Part shown: piece after piece, positions 15,534 to 29,640 of the stretch
How the letters are laid out: each line of letters opens with the position of its first letter
Position numbering within the stretch: the first letter of the stretch is position 1
Source: Ruditapes philippinarum
Taxonomy: Eukaryota
Direction: 5' to 3'
Length of the DNA stretch: 64,000 nt
Assembly: GCF_026571515.1 (NCBI RefSeq)
Contig: NW_026852812.1
Coordinates: 126,256 to 190,255, forward strand
Notes under the pieces: generated by a model
The model's database searches: none
What the model saw: only the letters and a program-made list of their open reading frames with translations
Told to the model about the DNA's origin: nothing
Translations under genes and position numbers: made by a program

Positions 15534-17169
15534 CATCAGAATTGTATCGATTTATATCAAGAGAAAATGTTTGTACTGTTTCTGCACAATGTTATATTTA
15601 TAATATCAAATGTCATGTTTTTAATTAGCTTGTTCACTTTCCGTCTGCAACATTTTACAAACTGTCTAAATCATTTGCCATTACCTATGTATAAATAAAC
15701 TTTTTTTTAATCACAAGTCAAATAATCATACATTTTGTACATGAACCTATTTTATAGGTTAAGTTTAACAATGTCTTAACTCATAATAAACAAAATTCAA
15801 AAGAGCATCCTTACCTTCACTTAAATAAACCCACCAGAAAAAAGACCCTGATTTATAATACTAATCCTAACATTAAACTTAAAAAATTTTAAATCAATAA
15901 ATAAAGTGATCATCAATTGAATGTGTTGTAAAGTACAAAATAACAAAGGATTATACATGAGCAGTTTGCTTCAACCACCAATTTATTCATACCGGGATCA
16001 ATAATCAAGATTCGTAATCGCAATATACAAACATTGCTTGTCCAATAATTTCCAATCTCACCGACTGTACATGTATGTTTGAAAATGTCATGATAACTGC
16101 AATCTGTACCACCGATAAACAACAAAGACTACAGCCATCAGTTAAGAACGAGACATTATTTCAATAATAGTATTCTACGGCACAATTTTTGTACATTACC
16201 AAGCGTCTGTAACTCCCCAAAAAAGATTTCCCTGTCACAAGGAATTCCTGATCCAAGAGGAATTAATCATGCATATCCATAACACTCCCCCCCCTTTCCA
16301 AACACATTATTCCACGCATTAACTTCATGAATTATACTACACACAAATACTATGACCTAAATATTGCTTCACTTACATTGGTATTTAAGCCTTCTCACTC
16401 AGAGAAAATTGGGTCCTCGAATCCGCTATTTAAAAGTTTTTCAATAAAGCAAATTAACAGAAGAAAACAGAAAGTACACGAGTATTAAAACACTACTGTA
16501 ACACTTCCACACGCTGACTATTGATCAACATTTAAGATACACTACCCTTTTAACCAACAACAAAAGCTTTTCTGTTTAATCTAGTCCATATATAAAACCC
16601 ATAGTACATTAAACGTTAACCTAGTCAAGTGAACGCTTTGCGGTATAGACAACTGGTGCTAGACACACACACTACATACATGATTATGTAGACAGTGAAA
16701 ATATTTCCCCCGTTCTTCCTTTTTTTTCCAGCCAGTCCAGACTGTGTTATATTACGAGAAAACATTATTATTAATTTGAAAGAATATATATAGCAGGTCT
16801 GGCTCTGATGAATTAGAATTGCAATAAATAAAGTAAAGAGAAATTCTTTTAATAATATAAAAGAGAAATTTAATTTCAACCAATTTAAATCGAAATAAAG
16901 ACGTAATTAATTCCTAATAATAAGCCTTCAGTGACTTCCTCGGCAGTTTTAGAATTTTTTTACAGTTCTTTAATCTCAGTTATCAACTAAAGTGAGTGAA
17001 CATGCTTATTATTACAATTCAAAACAACATAACAAAGTGTCATAATACTGTCTATTGCATTTACAGTAAAACTTGTATGAAAGGACCAAGATTTAAGAAT
17101 AGAGCGACAGCCACCCTTGCAGGTAATTGGTCTCTGAAATTGTACTTTCATTATTTTGTTGTTCTTAGA

Positions 17170-17464
17170 CCGTCCGGTTAGCTCAATAGGTAGAGCATTC
17201 AACTGAATCAGGCGATCCAGGTTCGATTCCCGGGGTTGCAGGTCACTTTCATTATGAATGATCATGAAATCCTATCTACGGTCATTTGCACTGTACCTCT
17301 GCTCTGGCACGTAAGTAGTTATCCGTTACTTGTGGAAGTGAAGGCAACTAGTACAGGTAAACTGCTTGACAGCCTACCCAGGACCGATATAGTGGCTGAG
17401 TCTTAACTGTGCTATGGTAAACTCAATGTGGCTTACTGTCGTGTAAACTACCAGCACCATCACC
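17170..17464 (+). mobile_element. tRNA-derived SINE of about 295 bp, flanked by a perfect 14-bp target-site duplication.
   Basis: TSD ttgttgttcttaga at 17156-17169 and 17465-17478. The head, ggttagctcaataggtagagc...ggttcgattcccgg, is tRNA-like, but its anticodon and T stems do not pair, so it is not a functional tRNA. Confidence 0.8.
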
Positions 17465-20400
17465 TTGTTGTTCTTAGAACAGGATAATATACTGACAAGT
17501 TTTTCTTCTTCATGGGGTTTTATTAAGTGTTTGTCTTAAGCAAAAGTTTGATTGAACTGCATTAATTTTAAAACTTCCAAATTGTAAAATTCTATAATTA
17601 ATAAGTATACGCAAAACTTAAATTGTAAAATCCATTTTCATCTTCAAAGCTAGCAAACTTTTAACTGCTGATCAAACTCTGCAGAGTTGCCCTCTTAAAA
17701 GGAATAAACTCCTATAACAATGGAATCTCAAGATGGAAAACTCCAAATACAAACAGAATTTGCCGCAGGATGAGTAGAAAAATTGTAAACGAAAATTGAT
17801 GATGTCTAGATGACCAAAGTAAAAGACCACTAGTATTATAGTCAACATTTGGCTATAAGACCCCCCCCCCCCCCCCAAAAGGTTGGAATTTTGGAATAAG
17901 TATAACATGTGCACTGTATGTTTTCTCAATCAATTCATATACCACAAAACATCAGCTCGATTTAAGCGCTTTTTTGCTAAATGAAAAAACTTGTTAAAGT
18001 TGTTTATTCCAGCAATCTTACTTTCCCCCATGTCCAATTGATATTTGAGTATTCATTAAATAAATAAATATATCTATATAAAAAAATCTAAAGCTGTATA
18101 GCAAATTTTGAAAATCATGCCGGGTGGGGAAATGCAGGACAAGTGGTGTAGCATGCAAGATGAGTAGAAGTTTACAGTCTCTCACCATCTTGCAAGACAA
18201 GTGGCTCTGAACATTTCTTTTGAACCTTTACCATTTATGTTTTCAATTAAAGTAAAACTTTACAATAGATTCAACTTATCTACAGCATAGCAAAACTCTC
18301 AAAATCTTCATCTCTCAACAATGTTGTTTTGCACAGGTTTTACTGTACACTAAATTTTGAACAAAGACAGTAACTCCTCATGGTTAACTTTTGACATCTA
18401 TGTTAAAGATAGTTATCATATAAAATAGTTTTAATCTAATAAGGTAAGATTATACTTACTAATTCAGCAGAAAAATAAACATTTATTGGCCACTTTTAAA
18501 CTTAGTATCTAAGAATCATTCTTAATTTCCTAACTATAAACTTGACAGATTATAGTACCATAAATCCAATAAAATAATTACAGTACAATTACATAACATG
18601 TAACAATACAATACAGCAAGACTTGTTCACCAGTTGAAAAAAAAAACACTTAAGTAGAAAACTTGCAACTACAGGAAGTCATTTTCAAAATAATGCTTTC
18701 TGAATCATATTATTCAAGTCAACAGAAACAGAGCTCTTAACAAAAATGCAACAAACAGTAAACAAAGTAGTGAGGGGATTTACCAACACTCTGTCTCTGC
18801 TAATCAGGGCTTTACCAGAGCAAAAGTTGTTGCCCCCCCACCCCCCACCCGGTTTTTCCCAGGTGGCTGGAGGGGACCCTTGGTTATGAATGACTAGTAC
18901 ATAATAAATATATAACCAATTAACAGCTAACAGGGACGTCCTTTTTCTCCAGGGATCAGTCTTTTAGAAACAGGTTTTTCTGTACCAATCAATTAACTTA
19001 TAATTAAGCCTTTTATTGTTGCATACTGATAATAAAACTCCTCCCAAAATCATTTCTACAATCATGCAACTCGACAAAAGGTGTGATGATTTTTTGCATT
19101 TGTGGCCAATTTGTAAATGTATGTTCATTCTGAAATGAAAAACGTTCAATTTCAAAAGCTATCAATTTTAAAAATATAGATTAAACACGGGTCAAATAAA
19201 CCTACGATTTAATTATATAAACGTATTAAACATAATCATATGAACTGAATCTTAAAACGTCACCCTCAGCACTTAAACCATTCAAATAGATATTTATAAA
19301 CCTATAAATACTAAATGTACACAATGAATAACATAGCACATGTTTGTGTATCAAAAACTATCTTCGATTTACTTTAGATCAACTCCACACACTGATCAAA
19401 AATTCAATGTACTCTTGTAAGCAGATAAATATGGTATTGTACATGATCGACCAATATACATGTAGATCCTCGGCTGTCTAGGATTTTAAAATCTAAACTA
19501 TGCGCAATGAATGGTAAACAAGAGCTACCAGTTAATTCAGCTACAGATATAATCATAGCCAGTATGCACACGCTTCATGTATATGTCCTCAATGACTGTT
19601 TCTAAAAATAACTCCTCTCATATTTTACCTGTGTACAGGTATTGTATTGCTGTATTACACTTGTATAAACAAAATGTTCCAGTGAACATTTTCCCCTGTT
19701 TGATCTTTTTATCAATAAAGGTAGGAAAATTCACATTACAAATAAATACCCACATGCTCGATGATAGTGATGTATATATGATGGCTATTGACATTTACAC
19801 AACCGCATAATTATGTACAAATCCACAATTATAGTTGAAAATGTGTAATTTTAAACACATGCATTATTAGCTTTAAATTTTCAACATAATTTACCAGCTT
19901 CATTAACTCATTACATTTATCCTAATGCAGAATGCATGCCTATTTATATTCTGTGTGTTAAATTTGCTAATGCCTTAATCTTGATTGACATTTTTGTTTA
20001 ATTGTTTTACAGTTTTTACAAAATATAATTAACTAACCTACAACACTGAGGTCAGGCCGACAATGTTAATGGCCTAGAAATATCAAAAGGCACCCTAGGT
20101 CATGACCCTTTTCTATCCGGTAACGCAGATCGGTTTGCCCTCCAGTTGACTTGCAATAAACTATTTTATTTTTTTCCTCTATAAAAATAACATCTAAATT
20201 ATAAAGAAATTATATGCATCCTAATAAGTGGGACATAACACCAACTATCCTTTATCATTACAATTTGTTTGAAATTTAAATTTATTACAAATACAATATT
20301 CCAAACAAAATATTTTGGGCAATGATGATTTAAATGCAAGAAAATACAATGATTTTTTTTAATACGTATAAATCTCTTGTTGCCATTAATCACAATATAA

Positions 20401-20589
20401 AGCTGTTTAACATTCTTTAAAATATTAACCAAGCTAAATATCATAAAAGGACATCTTTCAACCTGGACAAAACCATTTATTAATTTCAGGGAAAAATTTC
20501 AAAATATGAAGAGAATGAATTGTGAACAGGATGGACCATGATCAGATGACAATGGCAGCTGGCTAAAGAGTAACACTTATATAAGATCA

Positions 20590-21480
20590 TAGCAGCAAAT
20601 TCTTTTTTCTATTCATTTTTGTTTCTCATGCTCTTCCATTATCTGATATATTTTGCTACTTATTAATTATGCTTAACCATGGTCTTTGATCAACATTTTT
20701 TTAAGTTACTTATAGTCTTTATTAACTGCCATATTATGCTAATTATGCTCTTCCATGGTCTGTGATAAGCCTTTTTTATTACTTATGCTCTTCTATTGTC
20801 TGTGATAAACCTTTTTGTTACTCATGCTACTCTACTATACTGTTACTCTACTATTATTTGTGATGATTTTTATCTGTTGCTCATGGTCTTCCATGATCTG
20901 TAATAAACCTCTTTTGTTACTAAACCATTTGTTACTCAAGTTGTTACTTATGGTCTTCCATGGTCTGTAACTAAACCATTTTTTTGTTACTCTTGCTCTT
21001 CCATTGTCTGTAATAAACCTTTTTTGTTACTCATGGTCTTCCATGGTCTGCATTGAACATTTTTTGTTACTTATGATCTTCCATGGTTGTCTGTAATAAA
21101 CCTTTTTGTGTTACTTTTGGTCTTCCATGGTCTATAATAAACCTTTAATGTTACTTATGGTTTTCCATTATCTACGATATTTTGTTACAGTACTTATGCT
21201 CTTCCATAGTCTTTGATAAACCTTATTTGTTACATATGCTCTTCTATTGTCTGTGATTTTTTTTGCTTCTCATGCTCTTCCATGATCTGTGATAAATCTT
21301 TTGTTACTTTACTGACCAATGCTCTTCTATTGTCTGTGATAATGCTTTTTGTAACTCATGCTCGGTCATTGTTGGTTATATTCTTTTTTTCGTTACTTAA
21401 GCTCTTCCACTGTCTGTGACAATCTTTTTTTGTGACTCATGTCCTACTGAGATTATCTTTTTTGTTTCAAAACTGTGACA
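20590..21480. repeat. Tandem repeat with units of about 55-65 bp, ttgttactcatg(c/g)tcttccat(t/g)gtctgtgataaacc(t)tttt, in about 15 copies.
   Basis: Seen directly in the sequence. ORF 21213..21419 is an artefact. Confidence 0.85.
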
Positions 21481-22059
21481 TTCCTTTCTGTCTGTGTGCT
21501 GTGTTCCATTTTTATCTGCAACTGTCTGTGACAAAGCAGTATTTCATTTATACCAGTCAGGGTTCAGTGTGTTAAAACACTATGCTCTTTAATTGCTTGT
21601 GGCATGGAACATGCAAGTCCAAACACTAGTCTTGTGTTTTTATTCTTACAGTAAATTAAACATCTGACAATACCATTCAGTCCAAAATTTTCAATATTTA
21701 TAGCAAAGACAATTTCTGTAACATAACAATTTTATGCTATTTAGAATGTCTCTGACATACAGAACTACTAAATCTGTCTGTGCCTCAACTGGGTAACTTA
21801 CTGCGGCTTGTATGTAATCACAGTTTTAATTGTAACAGACAGTTTCATACATAAAAAAGTCCACTGATCAGCAAGGTGTTCATGCATCCCCTCAGTATTA
21901 AATAAATGTTGATTTTGATGTGTTTTTCATTATACAAATTCATACTAAAATCAAAGGGCAATATGACCAAGAATGACAAAAAGATGGACAGTGTGCTGGT
22001 CTATTCTCAGAGCTTAATAGTAAATCATCAGTTGCAACAGAAGGAAATAATTTAATGTA

Positions 22060-22560
22060 CGGTGCCAGAGTTATTGATCTTGGTCAGCCATCTACAAGTA
22101 AGAGTTATGGGTCTTGGTCAGCCTACAAGTAAAAGAGTTATGGGTCTAGGTCAGCCATCTACAAGTAAAAGAGTTATGGGTCTAGGTCAGCCATCTACAA
22201 GTAAAAGAGTTATGGGTCTAGGTCAGCCATCTACATGTAAAAGTTATGGGTCTTGTAAAAGAGTAATGGGTTTTGATCAGCCTACAAGTAAAAGTTTAAG
22301 AGTTATGGGTCTTGGTCAGCCATCTACAAGTAAAAGAGTTATGGGTCTTGGTCAGCCATCTACAAGTAAAAGTTATGGGTCTTGTAAAAGAGTAATGGGT
22401 TTTGATCAGCCTACAAGTAAAAGATATGGGTCTTGATCAGCCATCTACAAGTAAGAGTTATGGGTCTTAGTCAGTGATCTACACATAGGAGTGTTATGGT
22501 TCTTAATCAGTGAGGTACAAGTAAAAGACTTTAAAGGTCTTGGTCAGTGACCTACAATTG
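22060..22560. repeat. Tandem repeat of about 38 bp, ggtcagccatctacaagtaaaagagttatgggtct(a/t), in about 12 copies with a higher-order structure.
   Basis: Seen directly in the sequence. ORF 22062..22436 is an artefact. Confidence 0.9.
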
Positions 22561-25500
22561 ATGGCATTAACCTTTTTTTAGCAAAAAGGCCAGCTGACAA
22601 AGGCAAGCACGTTTTCAATGCAACAAAAACAGAAACCTAATAAAAACCAAATTAATCTTTACAAAATCTTTATAACTTGCAAGCAACAAAATAAATGTAC
22701 AGCCATTTTTTTTTAATCACGTTCACTAAACGAACGACACGCAGAATACATATTACAATTACGTAACTTCTTTATTACCATCTTGTTGAACACGGAGCAT
22801 AGTGTGACATGTAAGAACACGAAACCTATCGCATAAGGTAGAAACCAAAACGCACACGCCTATAAATTTTCATACAAAATGTCAATTGTCACGACAGTGT
22901 CTATAAAGTTAAATGTTCACTACCTGGTGTCAAATTTCAGCGTTATTATTAAATACAGAAATAAAGATAGCAATACAATCCTTAATGCATGTACAATAAA
23001 TTCTATCAGCGTTTATAATTACAAACAAGACATTACCCAAAAAACAAATATACCAGCTTTTTCATATATCTTTCAAAGAACTGCGGAACTGTTCATGAGT
23101 TTAAGAGATAAAACTTTAACTTCAGTCTAATACAATATTAATGTGTGTAAACTTTTCCTTGCCTTGACTGTAATAAAACAGCCCTTGATCAGCAGGACTT
23201 GACACAATAAATTCTTTTTCTTTTTTGTTGTTTTAAATAAACTAATTAATAGAGCAGCAAGAGCAATAAAATTAGTCACAAACTTGTTTATCTTTTATCT
23301 AAAGAGAAAGACTTATCATTATTAAATAAGGCACAGACTGCTACCCAAGTACATGATGTAACTTTAAAGCCACATGTCTTCAGATGCCCCAAATTTTTTA
23401 ATAAAATCAAACCTGAGAAAAATGTTCAAGATTTTAAGAAAAGTTAAAGACTCTAATTTAAGTAATAATTTACATGATATATGCAATACTAATTTACATG
23501 ATATATGCAATTAATTAGTGATTTGGGTGTATTTTTCACTATATTTCTACTGTGTGACTAACGCAGTAAAGTTTTTTTTTTGCAAATTTTGAAGTTCTGC
23601 TTTTGGCAATTTAAATGGTATGCTAGTGCCAATTGTAATGTGTAAATTACTTTCTTTGTTTACTTGACAATATTTTTCTTTAATATAAATTTTCAAGATT
23701 TTCATGAATCTGCTTTAAGCTAGCTTGTTAAAACGTACTTTCAGTATCATAACCAGAGGTCTTAAAATACAAGAATCTACCAATCTACATAATACATTTT
23801 AGGTGCAAAATTATAATGTGTATTCTCTTAAAAACCAATATTAATCATTAACAGTTAGTCGGATATTTATTGATAACCTTAATATGCACTAATAAGATAC
23901 CTAATCAAAGTTTCCACAATAAACAAGATCCAAACTGTGTTAAAAATTTTGGGATTATTTCTACAAATCTTAACTATCTTGGTTAAACAAATCTTACATC
24001 AAGATCAAATTAAACTTACAACCTTTTTTTATCTTTTTTAACTGACCATGCTAAGAAACTAACAGCTAATTTCCTCTACCTCAATTCATATCCTGTATAC
24101 ATAACACCTTTTTCCTTTTAAACATTTCCCTCTTATCTCCCTTTGTACAAAATACAAGCTGTATGAATTTGGCCTAGTTTCGCTTTTATCAGGTGAAGTT
24201 ATTATTCAACTGTCAAGAATGCTAGGATAATAGCAATCTACACATGTACTAGATATGTAGATATACAGGAAACTTATACCAAAATCATGTACACTATCCA
24301 GTTTACATTAAACACATAAACAAACACGACTTTTTTACAGTGAATAAATTTGGCTTGCCTGTATTACTTTATACATGGGTGTATTTTTTTTGCCATATTA
24401 AACTTTTCATATGATTGTTTTTGTTTTTATTTGATATTATAAACTCTTACACTACTATAAACTCACACTTTAAAGGAAATCGCCATAAAGAAAAACATTG
24501 TAATAAAATTAATGCGTTTATGCATACTAAAGATGATTCAGTTTAACAACCTTGAGGAATGAAGTATTGCTTCGATAAACACACTTTAAATGTTTAAAGC
24601 ACGCATATACTTAACTGTGAAATATCAAAATATGAATTATAGACACATATAATATAAACAAAGAAATTTATTCAACAGTTAATTTTTAAGTGCAAACTTT
24701 TACAAGTGCACTATGAACTTGATTTTACAGCTGTTTTAAATCAATTTAAATACTTCCTACTTTGAACAAGTTACGGAAACGAAGGGAAACAGGGATGATG
24801 ACTCTAGCAAGACTCAAACTCATGCCGCAACTCATTCCAATGACTCAAAAACTCAGTTGCACACCACAGCACAATGAAGTTCCATCTTAACAACTAAAAG
24901 ACTAAAGCTATTTTTTGATTCATAATGCTTTCATTTAACATTACGCGGGTGAAAAAGTTTGCTTAATTGTTATACATGTACATTGTTAATTTAAAAATGT
25001 ACATTTTTACCCATATCAATGACGAGTGTGACAATTGGAAGTTTCCAAGTTTGTTTTCCTTTTCTCCTCTAGAGTAGATACTGTAAACTTCATTATTATT
25101 TCTTTAAAACAAGAGCCTGACTGTAAAGCTAAATTAAGCTTATGTCATCTGCTGATGTCATAATTTGAAGCCATAACAATGGAAGTGCTTCAGGGTTTCT
25201 GTTAATGGGTGTTTGGGAGTCATGTTGGCTTGTGACTTCCAAAACGTAATGCTTTTCCTTCTTTACCTACATAATGTGACTTCCAAAATCAGAGATTTTG
25301 TAGTCTCTGACTTCCAAATTTTGAAACTAAATGGAAGCCAAGGGTGCTTCATGAAGTAAAGGTCAATGTTGAGATTTTTTTTTGTGGGCTACACCCTTTT
25401 CCCAGAAAGTAAAATCATTTACGTATGTACATGATATATATAACAATCCCTGAAAATATATTTGTATTAAGTACAAAATTTATGTATATGCCAAAAATTT

Positions 25501-27559
25501 GCCTTCAACAATTTACAGCAAAAAATGTTTCTAAGCATGCCCTGGCCTATATTTTTAAATTCAGCTTAATGAACAATGAAAATCAAACTGCAACCTTGAC
25601 CTCAGTTCTAAATCCTTTCCTGTCTACAAGCAAAGCATCTAGGACCTTATAAAAAGAAATATTTCTCAAATACATATTAAGTTTAACATGCAATGTTGAT
25701 GCAGCATCCTCCTTTTATTCGGTCACAGCTCATTTATAAAAGCCACTTATTGTATTGCTTTGGTAACGGAGAAAAAAATAATGTGTGTTCAAATTGATCC
25801 GACATACGGTAGTGAAATATTCCAAGCATGCGACTGGAAACATCATCTAAGAAATGCAAAAGCTTAGTGCAATATAATATCGGGCTGTATTATACTGGGC
25901 CGGCTATAATTATTGATCAAGTTATACATGCCAGAACAGCTAAACATCACAAAATCAATGATAAAACATGGGTGATCTATTCGCTGTTCTCTCGTCTTTC
26001 AACAAAGACCTTGCATAATAATTCTACATGTACAAAAAATAATTTTGAACAAACAAAAAAATAAAGAATTCTATTAATAAACTTCTGTCTGAATAATAAT
26101 GAACTTGAATCATGAACAGGAACCAGTATGATCATAGCATAATACTATGACATCAACTTTTCTTATGTAATGTATTTTATCAGCTGTTTATTATTAGAAA
26201 ACAAGCAATATCAAAATACCAACTATAATTTCAGACAAAAAATGCATTTATTGAAAAATTTTCAAAGACAAACACTTATTTTTCACAATTACCTAAAAAA
26301 GAGAAATCCACTTCCAAAGGGAAGTAACTTTTCTCTGATGAAACTATTTATCAACAGCACATATAGGTTTACTTCCCCTGATCATCATCTCAGAATATTC
26401 ATAATACATGGTAGGAGCATTTTGTTTGAACAAATGTCAGTATATATGATAACACCGACATGCAAATAATTAGCTTTTTACTTGCATAGGATGACCTCAA
26501 GTGCCTAATTTGTGCATTGTTGGTGTAGAACCACTATAATTCCCTTTAATAACTAGCTAAATAGTTTCCTGGCATGATCCATAGTCTGAATTCAAACACG
26601 CTGCTATGAGGGGCAACTGACCAAAGATACTCACTGACCACAATAACTTTACCAGAGGGACTCTTGAACTCTAAAAATTCCCAAAATACAGTCGTTTTTG
26701 GTTCCAACAAAATTTAGGATATAAATATATGCCCATCTCATAATATATGTGTCATAGCCAGGGCCAAAACACCATTTTTGGGGAAGGGGCCTCAGTCTTT
26801 TTCTTGGGGAAATATGCGTGATTTTGGCATATTTTGGGAAAAGGGGTCTTAAATTTAACACAAAATTTTAAAAATGTTCTTCAAAATAGAAAAGCAAAAA
26901 GCACTGGGAAAAACTAATAAGGCAGTAAAAGACCCTAATTCAACAACATCATTTAATTTTGTTCTAAATTCTATGAGAAATTTCAAAAAACTGGGGAATT
27001 TTGAGGACCAAACTGGGGAAAAAAAGAGGCTAGTTTGGTTGGGGAAGCAGCCTATATTCGGCCTCTACAAAGAAGGGTTTTTTGGCCCTGATAGCATACA
27101 CAGATACAAAGTTGATCATACAAAATGTTACAATAGACAGCTTTAGATGAAAAGATAGCACAATTTGAATTTTACAACTTTGAATCTCAGTGAATCTAAT
27201 TGCTAAATACTTCACAAGTTACATGTGGAAAAACTCAATCAAAGTACATATTAAATGCACAATCACAACAGGTCCAGTGCCGTAAGTTTGACTCCATCTC
27301 ACCTGCATTCTTGTACTTTAAAGCAGCCTTCAGCTTTTCTTAAGGTTAAACATGTTATTTTAAGATAAATTGTTTGATATAATTGTCAAATCAAAGGAAT
27401 TAAGGTATAAAATGAAATTCCCTGTCCATAAAATACATTAACAATAAGGTTCCTCTCTCCTTGACACCTCTAATCTACCAGTCTGCTCTCTATTATATAT
27501 GTAAATAAGTAAAGCAGACGATTCCTTTCCCAATTTTCTATTTTTAGAAACGGACGTCA

Positions 27560-28140
27560 CAGCATGCTATAAATAGCTCTCGAGAAGTCTTAACAGTGTT
27601 TCGATGTACTTTTCCTGCAGGGTAATATTACTGAAATACTTACTTTGAAACAGCTCAGAAATGTTTTTCTTGCATAGCAGACTAGCGTTTCCGTGAGTTT
27701 TACCCATGCCGGAAATTTCATCTGGCATGGGGGGTTCCAGATGAGTCGCGTGCCAAACAACAACGTCATTTTACCGCACTTTATGGATGAACCGCGTTAA
27801 ATTGACGTCGTTTTAGAAGGGAAATATGTGCTTATGATGACGTCATTTCACTGTTGTTATTTAAGTTGTAAGTTCATACGCTATTGTAAGAAAATAGTAA
27901 TGAATGAAATGACTTTAATTTTCATGAACATATATCGCATTGAGGTAAACCATTTTAAATATGAAATAATATGGCAGAATATGCAAGAAAAAATATCTGA
28001 CATATGTTTGCGGTTCGGATCGGAATATCCGTCCCTCGGGAACCCGCCCATGGGCGGTAACTCGGCAAGCCTCGTTACCGCCCAAATGGGCGGGTCCCCT
28101 CGGGACGGATATTCCGGTCCAAACCGCAACATATGACAGA
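27560..28140. promoter_or_regulatory. CpG-rich island-like block with a TATA-like ctataaatagctc motif, a CRE site and a long palindrome at its 3' end. It may be an orphan promoter or a young transposable element.
   Basis: The CpG dinucleotide density is far above the flanking sequence. ctataaatag is at about 27573 and TGACGTCA is at 27838-27845. No coding homology was detected nearby. Confidence 0.3.
27998..28135. repeat. Long imperfect palindrome (foldback) of about 138 bp with nested GC-rich palindromes, ccgcccatgggcgg and ccgcccaaatgggcgg.
   Basis: The arm catatgtttgcggttcggatcggaatatccgtccctcgggaacccgcccatgggcggtaactcggc is mirrored as gcctcgttaccgcccaaatgggcgggtcccctcgggacggatattccggtccaaaccgcaacatatg. 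ORFs 27828..28136(+) and 27881..28132(-) are artefacts of this palindrome. Confidence 0.8.
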
Positions 28141-29640
28141 TATTATTATTCCAACAAAATATAAAAGCAGAAGGCCGCTTTAATGCTGCTAGAAAAGAAT
28201 TTAAATTATAAATATACTTGAAGACAACATGCTTATCTACAGTGGCAAATTGGAAAAATCCATGAAATACAAATTACATTGTTTTATGGACTGAAGTGGG
28301 GACCCAATTATCATGTCAGAGTTATACAGTTACAGTACTAAGTTACACCCTCAACAAAATATCTATGGTATGTCCTTTAACAAAGGTGCAATCTGTTGCC
28401 ATACCCAGGCTTCCTGCAAAATTTCGAACATCTGAAATATCAGGTGACTTTCATCAAGCTTGTTCAGCCATTTTTTGTTTGTGAGAGTCAAATCCTTTTT
28501 GCCACGATTTATGAAAGGAAAATATCAAATTTCATGTTACAATATCATTCAGCAACAATTTTTTTTCCAGTCAAAACATATGAACTGCTAGATGATTACA
28601 GAAATCTTGATTATTTTTAGCGCTTGATGATAAAACAAATGCCGCAAGATATTGGAGGCAACTTGTAAGTCCACAAAAAAGATTAATTAAGTGAAAATTA
28701 GTGCTTAAGTTAACTGTCTTGGTCTCCCCAGCAGTACTTTAAAGTTTAATATGCTGCTGACCGTTTCAATCAGATGTATGTCTTGTTTTTTGTTACATAC
28801 AATTGTGGTGACACTTAGTCCCTTCTTGTTTTTCTGTCTATAGTAACTATCTCCCCTTTCCCCGCCCCCCAAGACTTTCTTAAATTCCTCACCCGATCCT
28901 TCTGGCCTTGTGCTTTTGTGGGTCTTTTGTTTCATTCTAATCTGATATTAACTTTCATATTTTTTACACAATGACCTACCATTTTAACCAGTAAAACTTC
29001 AGCACATTAGGGGTGCAAGGATTCACTAAAGTAAAAATATACCTGAATGCACAGCTTCAGATCAACTACCCTACTTTGATTTGGTACTTCAAGCCACTGT
29101 CAAAGAGCACTTTCAGTGATATTATCCAATTATAGTAATGTCATTTCATTGAAAGTGTTGCATGTAAAGAGAAACAAAAATGACAGATGAAAATAAGCTT
29201 GCTGTTCCACCTGAACCATTTAAATCTAGTGCAATGCCAAATTTTGGGTTTCCCCTACTCTGTTTTTCTTGCCCTTTTGATGCAATGATTTCACCAATCA
29301 AAATTTTGGGTTCAGGAAAATTTTCGGATAAATTCAGAGTTTCCCCTACTCAGCATTTCTTGCCGTTTGATGCAATGATTTCACCAATGACGCATTGAAA
29401 TTTGCAATTCACGCTTTCTATAACCCAGTTATAATCTTCCTTAATTGGATGTCTTTTCATTATAAAGTTATTTCTACCATAATTAGCGCCATCCTGTTTC
29501 AATCGGCAAAATTTCCAGTCATTTTATTATTTGTAAATTGTTATTCCAAGAACACAAAATGTCCTATTTGTATTCCAGTTTTCAGTTAGGTACTTCATGG
29601 CACTTCTGAAGGAGAGCGCTCGTCATGATATCATTCAATC

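Noticed and set aside
17170-17245. A tRNA gene (ggttagctcaataggtagagc...ggttcgattcccgg).
   Set aside because: The anticodon stem collapses to a 2-nt loop hairpin and the T-stem has a mismatch. The tRNA-like segment is the head of a 295-bp element with a 14-bp TSD, so it is a SINE and not a tRNA gene.
27828-28136. Overlapping ORFs on both strands, 27828..28136(+) and 27881..28132(-).
   Set aside because: They are mirror artefacts of the 138-bp palindrome. A palindrome gives open frames on both strands.
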